Below are positions 17,790 to 25,847 of a DNA stretch of 56,483 bases, one piece after another. The number at the start of each line of letters is the position of its first letter. Positions within the stretch are counted from its first letter, which is position 1. The position numbers and the translations under genes were made by a program. The notes beneath the pieces were generated by a model, which was given only the letters and a program-made list of their open reading frames with translations, searched no databases and was not told where the DNA came from. Origin of the DNA: Actinomycetota bacterium (GTDB lineage: Bacteria; Actinomycetota; Acidimicrobiia; Acidimicrobiales; Acidimicrobilacustridaceae); contig WLGJ01000001.1 of assembly GCA_009703275.1 (NCBI GenBank), positions 1 to 56,483 on the forward strand, written 5' to 3'.

Positions 17790-19193
17790 ATGATGACCAG
17801 TAGTCAGTTCGCAGGTATTCGGTTCTTTCGCAACACTCTGGTCCTTGCAACATCGTTTGCCCTTCTCAGTGTGATGACGTTGTCTGGACTTGCCAGTGCA
17901 ATCACACCTTCGACAACTGCCGTCACCTCAATCACGGTCGACACTGGCCCCTCCAGTGTGGCTGTGAGTCCTGACGGATCGAGTGTGTGGGTGACGAACT
18001 TCAACAGCGACACTGTCTCGCGTATTAACACCGCTACCAATGCCGTCACCTCAATCACGGTCGACACTGGCCCCTCCAGTGTGGCTGTGAGTCCTGACGG
18101 ATCGAGTGTGTGGGTGGCGAACTTCAACAGCGACACTGTCTCGCGTATTAACACCGCTACCAATACCGTCACCTCAATCACTGTTGGCAATGGCCCCTCC
18201 AGTGTGGCTGTGAGTCCTGACGGATTGAGTATCTGGGTGGCGGTGAGAAACCAAAACGGCGTCGCCGTTGTCTCGCGGATCAACACAACCACCGAAGCGG
18301 TCACCTCAATCACTGTTGGCTTTTACCCATCAAGCGTTGTTGTGAGTCCTGACGGATCAAGTGTCTGGGTGACGAACCTCATCAATGTCTCGCGCATTGA
18401 CACGACTACCGATGCCGTCACAGTAATCACGGTTGGTACTTACCCCTTCATCGTTGCTGTGAGTCCTGACGGATCGAGTGTGTGGGTGACGAACTATCAG
18501 AGCGGCACTGTCTCGCGTATTGACACTGCTACCAATGTCGTCACTTCAATCACTGTTGGCTCTAGCCCCTACGGCGTTGTTGTGAGTCCTGACGGATCGA
18601 GTGTGTGGGTGACGAACCAAATCAGCGGCACGATCTCGCGTATTGACACCGCCACCAATGCGGTCACCTCAATCGCGGTTGGCGCTAGCCCCTGGGACGT
18701 TGTTGTGAGTCCTGACGGATCGAGTGTGTGGGTGACGAACCAAGGCAGCGGCACCGTCTCGCGTATTGACACCGCCACCAATGCGGTCACCTCAATCGCG
18801 GTTGGCGCCAGCCCCTCCGGAGTTGTTGTGAGTCCTGACGGATCGAGTGTGTGGGTGACGAACCAAGGCAGCGGCACGGTCTCACGCATTACTTTCCCGC
18901 CACAACCTCCCGCCAACGTCACGGCCACGCCAGGTAATGCCCAGGCAACTATTTCGTGGACTGCACCAACCAACACTGGCGGAAGCCCCATCACTGGATA
19001 CACCGCCACGGCTTCCGTGGGGGGCCAGAGCTGCACGACAACAACTGCCACTTCGTGCACTATTAGCGGCCTGACCAACGGAACGACCTATTACGTATCG
19101 GTCACCGCGACTAATGCTGTCGGCGTCTCTGACCCTTCAGTCGTTGCTGTCACCCCGACGTCGGATCCAGTCGCACCAGCATTCACCGGATAA
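17790..19193 (+). CDS. Secreted YVTN/YncE-type beta-propeller repeat protein with Fn3 domain, C-terminus PAFTG
   Basis: Signal peptide ending ASA. Eight VSPDG..VWVTN..S.TVSRI repeats. Fn3 PANVTATPGNAQATISWTAP..GGSPITGY...GLTNGTTY..SVTATNAVG. Confidence 0.9.
   Translation: MMTSSQFAGIRFFRNTLVLATSFALLSVMTLSGLASAITPSTTAVTSITVDTGPSSVAVSPDGSSVWVTNFNSDTVSRINTATNAVTSITVDTGPSSVAVSPDGSSVWVANFNSDTVSRINTATNTVTSITVGNGPSSVAVSPDGLSIWVAVRNQNGVAVVSRINTTTEAVTSITVGFYPSSVVVSPDGSSVWVTNLINVSRIDTTTDAVTVITVGTYPFIVAVSPDGSSVWVTNYQSGTVSRIDTATNVVTSITVGSSPYGVVVSPDGSSVWVTNQISGTISRIDTATNAVTSIAVGASPWDVVVSPDGSSVWVTNQGSGTVSRIDTATNAVTSIAVGASPSGVVVSPDGSSVWVTNQGSGTVSRITFPPQPPANVTATPGNAQATISWTAPTNTGGSPITGYTATASVGGQSCTTTTATSCTISGLTNGTTYYVSVTATNAVGVSDPSVVAVTPTSDPVAPAFTG
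17918..18890 (+). repeat. Intragenic tandem repeats, about 123 bp (41 aa) x 8
   Basis: Units starting 17918 and 18041 are nearly identical. GTGAGTCCTGACGGAT occurs in all eight units. Confidence 0.92.
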
Positions 19194-19199
19194 GTAGTC

Positions 19200-19233
19200 G
19201 AGGGTCGGGGGTTCGAGTCCCTCAACGCCCACC
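19200..19233 (+). repeat. 34-bp direct repeat, copy 2 (displaced tRNA-Val 3' end; attR-like)
   Basis: Identical to 17523-17556 and continues as ACCA (complete CCA end). Confidence 0.93.
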
Positions 19234-19268
19234 AAGTTGTGCAGCGCACAACATTTATATTGACGGGT

Positions 19269-19907
19269 ATGACAACAGTCGGCCTCGTCCTCTACCCGCA
19301 ATTCACAGCGCTGGACATCGTTGGTCCATTCCAAACGCTGGTGGATGTTCCTGACCTCGATGTGTTTTTTGTTGCGGCAGAAAAGGGTCCGGTGGTTGAT
19401 CACACCGGAAGGTTGACTATTGAAGCAACACACTCGTTCGATGAGATTGACGCACTCGATGTCATAGTGGTGCCGGGGGGCCTTGCTGACCGAGGCATCG
19501 ATAGAACGAATGCAGTGGTTCAGTTTGTTGAAAAGATTCACCCGACGACGACGTGGACAACAAGCGTTTGCACCGGTTCGATCTACTTGGCCCACGCCGG
19601 CATTTTGAATGGACTCACGGCAACGACGCACTGGGCGTCTTACGACAGGCTTGAAGCACTCGGTGCAATGCCAACCGAGCAACGGGTGATCACACAGGGC
19701 AAGATCATTACGGCGGCCGGAGTTTCGTCGGGAATCGATATGGGCCTCGTTCTGGTCGCAGCGTTGCAGGGCGATGAGATGGCCAAGATGATTCAGCTGG
19801 CAATTGAGTATGACCCTCAGCCGCCATTTGATTCAGGTGCACCGTCAAAGGTGAGCCCGGAAATGAAGGACTTGGTAGCGACGATTTTTAGTAGCCCTGT
19901 CAGGTAG
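19269..19907 (+). CDS. DJ-1/PfpI family protein (isonitrile hydratase-like)
   Basis: FTALDIVGP, VVPGG, SVCTGS, ATTHW, TAAGVSSGIDM, IQLAIEYDPQPPFDSG. Confidence 0.92.
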   Translation: MTTVGLVLYPQFTALDIVGPFQTLVDVPDLDVFFVAAEKGPVVDHTGRLTIEATHSFDEIDALDVIVVPGGLADRGIDRTNAVVQFVEKIHPTTTWTTSVCTGSIYLAHAGILNGLTATTHWASYDRLEALGAMPTEQRVITQGKIITAAGVSSGIDMGLVLVAALQGDEMAKMIQLAIEYDPQPPFDSGAPSKVSPEMKDLVATIFSSPVR

Positions 19908-20020
19908 GGAGCGCTCAGCACTCTGGAATCTGTGAGACTGACCGATGTATTCGCGACTTCCAACCTTCAGCGGTTTGCGCTCGTTCCCTGAACAGCCGCT
20001 GCAATTCAAAATTACGTGGA

Positions 20021-21064
20021 GTGACTGACGTGCGTCATCTCGTCTTCAAAGGTCCTGGTGAATTGGAGTGGCAGGAAACAGCCGATCCACATTTGAGTGG
20101 ACCGAGAGATGCTCTTGTTCGACCGATTGCTGTCGCGCGCTGCGATCTTGATCCCGCAATCGCACTTGGTCTCTATCCCATGAAACCTTCGTTCGCCATG
20201 GGACATGAAATGGTCGGAGAGATCGTCGAACTTGGCGACGAAGTTTTGGGTTTCGACATTGGGCAACGGGTGATCGTGCCGTTCCAGGCGAGTTGTGGAG
20301 AGTGTGCTTCGTGTCTGCGGGGTCACTCCAACGCGTGTTCGGCCGTTGCATCCGGAACAGCGTTTGGTCTTGGTCCGCATGGCGGACTGGATCTTGGGGG
20401 CGCGCTTGCCGATCTCGTACGCGTGCCTTTTGCCGATCACATGCTTTTGGCATTACCTGTTGGCCTTGACCCCATGGTCGCCGCAGGAATTCCCGACAAC
20501 GTCAGCGATGGTTATCGCTGTGTTGCCGAACCACTGCGAGCAATTCCTGGTGCTCCAGTTCTCGTAGTAGGCGGACTTGCACCGTCGGTCGGGCTCTACG
20601 CCGTTTCCTGCGGTATCGCGCTCGGAAGTGAACGCGTGGTTTACATCGATCACGATCATGATCGACTCCAACTCGCAACAGCACTCGGCGCACATGTCAT
20701 CGAAGCACCACTAGACCGACTGGTCGATGCCCTCGGTGACGAGCGGTTTCCCATAACCGTGGATGCTTGTGTCCTTGACCCCGGTCGTGATCTCGCACTC
20801 TTCGCCACTGCACCATGCGGAACCTGCACGAGTGTGTCCGGTGGTGTCTCGCCCCGATCCGCATTGCCACTCCAGTCGATGTATCTAAAGGGCATCCGTT
20901 ACGAAGTGAGTCGCGTCCACGCAAGAGCAACTGCCCCGGCGGTTTTGGATCTTGTCAGCTCCGGGCGGCTCGATCCCGGGTCGATTATTACCAAGGTTGT
21001 GTCATTCGACGATGCACCAGAGGCCATGGTTGAGCCCGCGGTCAAGATCGTTTTTGTCCCTTAG
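20021..21064 (+). CDS. Zinc-dependent medium-chain alcohol dehydrogenase
   Basis: RCDLD, MGHEMVG, structural Zn site CGECASC...C, VPFAD. Confidence 0.9.
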   Translation: MTDVRHLVFKGPGELEWQETADPHLSGPRDALVRPIAVARCDLDPAIALGLYPMKPSFAMGHEMVGEIVELGDEVLGFDIGQRVIVPFQASCGECASCLRGHSNACSAVASGTAFGLGPHGGLDLGGALADLVRVPFADHMLLALPVGLDPMVAAGIPDNVSDGYRCVAEPLRAIPGAPVLVVGGLAPSVGLYAVSCGIALGSERVVYIDHDHDRLQLATALGAHVIEAPLDRLVDALGDERFPITVDACVLDPGRDLALFATAPCGTCTSVSGGVSPRSALPLQSMYLKGIRYEVSRVHARATAPAVLDLVSSGRLDPGSIITKVVSFDDAPEAMVEPAVKIVFVP

Positions 21065-21164
21065 AAGACAAAGGACTACTTCTCCCAGCCGAGTTCCTCG
21101 GCGAAGACAGGCATGTGTCTCAAGACGGCATCGAGGAGCACTGCTGTGTCATCGATTGAATTCG

Positions 21165-21215
21165 TCGAAATCAGTTCTCGTGACCATCGAGCTTGTCCCT
21201 GCATTTACGGGTTAG
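21165..21215 (+). pseudogene. 3' remnant of a gene ending ...SVLVTIELVPAFTG-stop
   Basis: Same terminal pentapeptide as the 17790 gene but with different codons. No credible in-frame start in the intergenic space. Confidence 0.5.
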
Positions 21216-21249
21216 GTCGGTAGCGATCGGGCCAATGCGAGTGGGGTCG

Positions 21250-22455
21250 CTACGAGAGTCCCATTGCAAAGAAGTCGAGTTGCCAAAGTTCTTTGAACAC
21301 GCTCCGGCATAATTGCGTGAGTCGCTCACGTGGTTCGCGAGGGAATGAACCGTTCTCAGCGGTGATGGAAATGATTTCGTCAATCGTGCGCTGACCATCG
21401 ACAAGTTCAACAAACGCGAGTTGTGTCGAATCGAGATCAAGCACCCAGTTACTTCGAGAGAGTTGTTCGCCTACTAAGCGGCACCGATAACGGAACTCGG
21501 GGATAAACCGTGTGAAATCTTCCGCAGCAAAATCGATTACGTAGCTCTTCGTCGGTCGGTCGACGTGACACGCGGTGAAGAAATGGCATCCGTTGCGCGG
21601 GTTGATGCGTTCCATCGCTGACCATTGAGCCCGATCGGGGAGATCGGCGACGGTTGAAAGGAAACGGTTGTTGCGGCTCGGCGGCGCGTAGTACGGGGAC
21701 TTCAGGAACCACTCCTGAAAGGTCAAACCTGCATCGCTCACGAGCTCGATGCATTCGTCGACGGTGTAGGTGCGATCGCGACCATGAAGAAATGTATCGA
21801 CGAGTCCCGCGTCGAAGGAGAGGTCCGGAGCGATCTCGATGTAGCTCTGGATTGGATGTCCTTCAGGAAGTGAGCTGAGGGCTTCGCGGACCATCGCCAC
21901 CGATGCTTGATCGCGTTGAAGACCAAGTTCGCGGAACACCGACTGCAGCATTTCAACGCCGAGGCGCCCATAGGTTGCGTACAACATGATGGCGACGACG
22001 CCGTCGGGGCGAAGCGCTCCAGCGAGCGACTTCAACCCGACAAGCGGGTCAGCGAGGTGATGCAACACGCCGCTCGAAACGATGAGATCAAAGCTTTGAT
22101 TAAGGGTGTTCAGATTCTCGATGGGAAGACGATGAAGCTCGAGGTTCGTCAGGCTGTAGGTGTTCTTTAAACACTGGTGATGGTCAAGTGAGGACTGGCT
22201 GACATCAATCGCCACGACCTTCGCATCGGGGTTTGAATAGGCAAAGACTGCGGCCTGATTGGTTCCGCATCCGGCAATAAGGATGTCAAGGTCAGACGCC
22301 TCATTGCGGTCGGGCCAAAACATTCGGTGAGCGATGCTCGGGTCAAACCATTGCCAGTTGTTTGCCATCCAGCCGGGCAAATCCATGATGGGTTCGGGGT
22401 AGACCCATTCTTCGTACTGGCTTGAGACAACATCGCCTAGTGGATCGAACGTCAT
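21250..22455 (-). CDS. Class I SAM methyltransferase
   Basis: QYEEWVYP, ILIAGCGTNQA, AIDVS..SL, FDLIVSSGVLHHL.DP, MLYATYGR, DTFLHGRD. Start uncertain. Confidence 0.88.
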   Translation of the reverse strand: MTFDPLGDVVSSQYEEWVYPEPIMDLPGWMANNWQWFDPSIAHRMFWPDRNEASDLDILIAGCGTNQAAVFAYSNPDAKVVAIDVSQSSLDHHQCLKNTYSLTNLELHRLPIENLNTLNQSFDLIVSSGVLHHLADPLVGLKSLAGALRPDGVVAIMLYATYGRLGVEMLQSVFRELGLQRDQASVAMVREALSSLPEGHPIQSYIEIAPDLSFDAGLVDTFLHGRDRTYTVDECIELVSDAGLTFQEWFLKSPYYAPPSRNNRFLSTVADLPDRAQWSAMERINPRNGCHFFTACHVDRPTKSYVIDFAAEDFTRFIPEFRYRCRLVGEQLSRSNWVLDLDSTQLAFVELVDGQRTIDEIISITAENGSFPREPRERLTQLCRSVFKELWQLDFFAMGLS

Positions 22456-22565
22456 GGAGTCGCTTCCCGAGTGAGGGCGGACTTCGAAATCTATTCGTGT
22501 GGACTTTGTCGCGTCCATGTCCAAGAAGGCTGGTCTAGCGTTCCCTTCGGAAACGAGGGGGACGA

Positions 22566-23612
22566 ATGGCAACGATGCGTGCATGGCGAGTTCACGAATA
22601 CGGACAACCGACAGAGGTCTTGCGCCTCGATGAGGTTGAGATCCCCGAGCCCGGTCCCGGTGAGGTGCGGGTGAAGGCGCAAGCCATTCCGTTGAACCTC
22701 AACGACCTTGAGCGCATTACCGGCGGCAACATGATGGTGCGGCCCGAATTCCCCTATAGCCCGGGCATGGAAGCGTTCGGCGTTGTCGACGCATGCGGCG
22801 AAGGCGCTGAAGAGTGGATGGGCAAGCGTGTTGCTGCTGTCACGAAGCAGGCATTTGGCGGTTTTGCCGAGTACGCCATTTGTCCCACGATCGCGGCATT
22901 TGAAATTGATGAAGCGATCCCACTTCCCGATGCTGCTGCGTTGTTCTTTCCCTTCCACCTGGCGTGGCTTGGGCTCATTGATCGCGCTTCGCTGAAAGCA
23001 GGCGACACCGTCCTTATTCATGCCGGAGCGGGTGGTGCTGGTTCGGCTGCGATCCAGATTGCGAAAGCCTTTGGTGCTCGTGTGTATGCGACAGCCGGTG
23101 GGCCGGAGAAGGTCGCGCTGTGCCGCGAACTCGGCGCCGACGTTGCGATCGACTACTTGACCGAAGACTTCAAGGCGATCGTGCTCGCCGACACCGACAA
23201 CATTGGCGTCGACATCGTGTTCGACAATGTGGGCGAAGCAGTGATGGCCGATTCGTTTGCGTGTACTGCGTACAACGGCACCTATCTCATGATGGGTTTC
23301 GCATCGAACAAGATTGTGGCTGACGAGAAGTTCATCGTTCCACGACAGGTCACCATGGGGAACTTCAAACTGTGCGGTGTGCTGCTCAACTATCAATCCG
23401 AGGACATGATCGGGCTGATTAAGCAGGGCATGGGCTGGAACGTTGCGCCGCGAGAACTGGGCGAACTGGCCACGGCTGACATCGTCGAACTCGTAAAGGC
23501 GGGAACCGTTCGCGCCGTAGTTGGTAGCGCACCGAGTTTCGAAGACCTTCCGACGGCAATGGAAGCGATGGGCTCACGCAACACCACCGGCCGCGTCATC
23601 GTGATGCTCTGA
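22566..23612 (+). CDS. NADPH:quinone oxidoreductase (Zn-free MDR)
   Basis: PGPGEVRV, PGME..GVV, VLIHAGAGGAGSAAIQ.AK..GA, AIDY, TGRVIV. Confidence 0.9.
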   Translation: MATMRAWRVHEYGQPTEVLRLDEVEIPEPGPGEVRVKAQAIPLNLNDLERITGGNMMVRPEFPYSPGMEAFGVVDACGEGAEEWMGKRVAAVTKQAFGGFAEYAICPTIAAFEIDEAIPLPDAAALFFPFHLAWLGLIDRASLKAGDTVLIHAGAGGAGSAAIQIAKAFGARVYATAGGPEKVALCRELGADVAIDYLTEDFKAIVLADTDNIGVDIVFDNVGEAVMADSFACTAYNGTYLMMGFASNKIVADEKFIVPRQVTMGNFKLCGVLLNYQSEDMIGLIKQGMGWNVAPRELGELATADIVELVKAGTVRAVVGSAPSFEDLPTAMEAMGSRNTTGRVIVML

Positions 23613-23630
23613 TCTTTCAGAGCGCTGACG

Positions 23631-24794
23631 TCACTCCGGCGGCAAGTCGAAGTGATCGATGTACTCGCGGAATTCGCTGCGCACCGCCGCAGGATCAATG
23701 CCGTATTGATCGGGCTGGTAATCGTGAGTTCCGTGCACGCCAGGGGGGTTCGCTGCGATGAACGCCTGCATGCCGCGGGCGGCTTCGTCGGTCATTGGCA
23801 GATCAAGCGCGTCGTAGATCTGCGTGATGACGCCGAACTGATCGGTAATGAAATCGCGGAACATCATGTCGTAGAAGATTGCGTCTGGATAGTCCTGCGC
23901 TTTGCGCACGTTGACGCCATGCATCAAGACGTCTCGAAGTCGCGGAGTCCAGTCAGCAGCAACTGCACGAGGATCGACATTGTCGCTTCCAACACTTCGC
24001 ACGATGGTGGTGAGTGAGGCATAGGACGTCATTGACTTCACTGGATCGCGATGAGTGAACACGATGCGCGCATCGGGGTACGTGGCCAGAAGGTGTTCGA
24101 GTCCCCAAAGGTGGGCGCCGGTCTTCAGTACCCAGCGGTCCTGCATGTTGAACGCCTGCATGTGCTGCAGTTGCTGCAAGTGGAAGTCGTAGACGTTTGA
24201 CCAATCAGCATCGCGATCAGTCCAGTCTTGGTAGCTCGAAACATTGAATTGGTTATGAAAGAGCGGCGTACACATTGATTCGCCCATGAGCGTGACGCAC
24301 TCTTGGGTGAGTTCAGCGCCGAGCGGATGAATTGCTTTGAGTTGCTGGTCTTCAATCGGAGGCATCGTTGCCGCACACATCGCGATGCGGGGATCGGTCG
24401 CAAATGTTTCTGCACGAGGCGGGGGAGACGGAAACATGCATTCCCATGTGAGTGGTGCACGGTTGGCCGGGTCCTGAGCGAGGATGTCGTGCAAAATCGT
24501 CGTACCGGTGCGGGGCATGCCGATGATGAAGACAGGCTTTTCGATCTTCTGTTGCGCGATTTCGGGAAACGCAATGCGGTCGGCGGTGTAGTTCAGCCGG
24601 TTCACGGTGTGGAGCAATGCTCGTTCGCTGGCGATGAATTCACCCGTGGGGTTGAGCTGCGCGTCGGCATTGAGCGAATCCATGAATCGGCCAAGACCTT
24701 CAAGGAAGAATTCACTGCCGTCACCGAGATCGGTTCGTCCTCCTGCGCGTTGAGAGGATTCAGCGAGAATGGCGTCAACGTTGAGATCAGTCAT
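23631..24794 (-). CDS. Sulfotransferase (mycobacterial Stf-like, Sulfotransfer_3)
   Basis: PVFIIGMPRTGTTILH, WVLK...H, YPDA..VFTHRDP..S..S. Confidence 0.9.
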   Translation of the reverse strand: MTDLNVDAILAESSQRAGGRTDLGDGSEFFLEGLGRFMDSLNADAQLNPTGEFIASERALLHTVNRLNYTADRIAFPEIAQQKIEKPVFIIGMPRTGTTILHDILAQDPANRAPLTWECMFPSPPPRAETFATDPRIAMCAATMPPIEDQQLKAIHPLGAELTQECVTLMGESMCTPLFHNQFNVSSYQDWTDRDADWSNVYDFHLQQLQHMQAFNMQDRWVLKTGAHLWGLEHLLATYPDARIVFTHRDPVKSMTSYASLTTIVRSVGSDNVDPRAVAADWTPRLRDVLMHGVNVRKAQDYPDAIFYDMMFRDFITDQFGVITQIYDALDLPMTDEAARGMQAFIAANPPGVHGTHDYQPDQYGIDPAAVRSEFREYIDHFDLPPE

Positions 24795-25798
24795 GGACCG
24801 ACCGTATCGCTCCAGAGTTGATGAGGTGTCCGATTTCGTGGTCCGGAGAATGGGAGCGACACGCTTGAGCCGGGCTTGCGCGCAGCGGCATAGGCAGCGC
24901 TGAGTACGTCAAGAACTCGGCGGCCAAATCGTGCATCGATTGGCGATGGTGCTCCACCGACAACATCGCGCAGCGTCAACATTTGGTCGATGTATCCGTA
25001 ATGCTCGAGATGTGGATCAGCAGCGCTAGCGAGGGCCGGAAGGGCGACAGGCTCACCGTTGTGCTCGATGCCCGGCTGGGGCATGAGTTCGGTGCGCACA
25101 ACGCCGCTATCGCTCGAGACCTGGATATCCCACACCGCATGTGGGTTGGTCCAGTTCGTTTCAATGCGAGCGCGCATGCCCGAAGCGAAGGTGATCAACA
25201 CCTCGGCCGCATCATCGACGTCGATGTCTGCAGAATGGCTCATCGTTGCTTCAACCGACACCGGTGCATCGGCCCCGGCAAGGAGCAATGCAAGCGCGAC
25301 GGCGTGCGATCCGAGATCGAACAGGACGCCGCCGCCTCGGGCGGGGTCGAGGAACTCGCCCCACGAGGGCCGAGGGGAAAGCTGACGGATCTCGATGAAG
25401 TTTGGTGCGCCGATGCCTCTCACTAATTCATTCGTGGCCACAACAAGAGGGGAGAAGGCGAGGTTTTCGGCGTAGATGACCTGGCCACCGGCATCGACGA
25501 TCGCGTCAGCTTCGGCAAGGGTGGTCGCAAGCGGCTTCTCAACGAGCACTACTGCCCGTGCTCGAAGGGCCTGCAAGGTGTCGGCAGTATGACGGTCTGG
25601 TGGCGTGCACACCACAACTGCGTCGGCGCCAGCTGGGAGGTCCTCAAATGCGACCACCGCTGCGCCCACTTGGCCGGCCCGCTCTGTTGCTCGCTCGCTG
25701 GTGCGGGATGCAACAGCCACAATCTCGGCCTCGACCGCAGCCGCTGCCATGGCGTGCACGACCGAGATGGTGCCGGCTCCGGCAAAGGCGAGTTTCAC
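24791..25798 (-). CDS. Gfo/Idh/MocA oxidoreductase
   Basis: GAGTIS, CTPPDRH, VEKPLA, GGGVLFDLGSH. Confidence 0.92.
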   Translation of the reverse strand: MKLAFAGAGTISVVHAMAAAAVEAEIVAVASRTSERATERAGQVGAAVVAFEDLPAGADAVVVCTPPDRHTADTLQALRARAVVLVEKPLATTLAEADAIVDAGGQVIYAENLAFSPLVVATNELVRGIGAPNFIEIRQLSPRPSWGEFLDPARGGGVLFDLGSHAVALALLLAGADAPVSVEATMSHSADIDVDDAAEVLITFASGMRARIETNWTNPHAVWDIQVSSDSGVVRTELMPQPGIEHNGEPVALPALASAADPHLEHYGYIDQMLTLRDVVGGAPSPIDARFGRRVLDVLSAAYAAARKPGSSVSLPFSGPRNRTPHQLWSDTVGP

Positions 25799-25847
25799 AG
25801 GGCCGACGGTACCGGCTCGTGGGCGGGCGAACTACGGTCAGAGGCTG

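Larger units (their letters stand above)
17557..19199. mobile_element. Integrase-less mini-island / gene cassette integrated at tRNA-Val
   Basis: Bounded by the tRNA 3'-end direct repeats. Holds one cargo gene and no recombinase. Confidence 0.72.

Noticed and set aside
17918-18890. Regular repeats as a CRISPR array or DGR template/variable pair
   Set aside because: Units are in-frame 123-bp coding repeats without unique spacers. Differences are not adenine-specific. No cas or reverse transcriptase gene is in the window.
20952-21215. The 87-aa ORF as a complete gene
   Set aside because: Its 5' part overlaps the alcohol dehydrogenase in another frame and looks non-coding. Only the last residues (PAFTG end) appear meaningful, so it is treated as a remnant.
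22543-22560. GAAA-capped hairpin covering the SD of the quinone oxidoreductase
   Set aside because: A TAGCGT -10 at 22536 would start transcription inside the left arm, so the hairpin probably does not form in the mRNA.
24095-24105. GTTCGAGTCCC as a third tRNA-Val fragment
   Set aside because: Only 11 bp, and it lies inside an intact sulfotransferase gene, so chance is likely.
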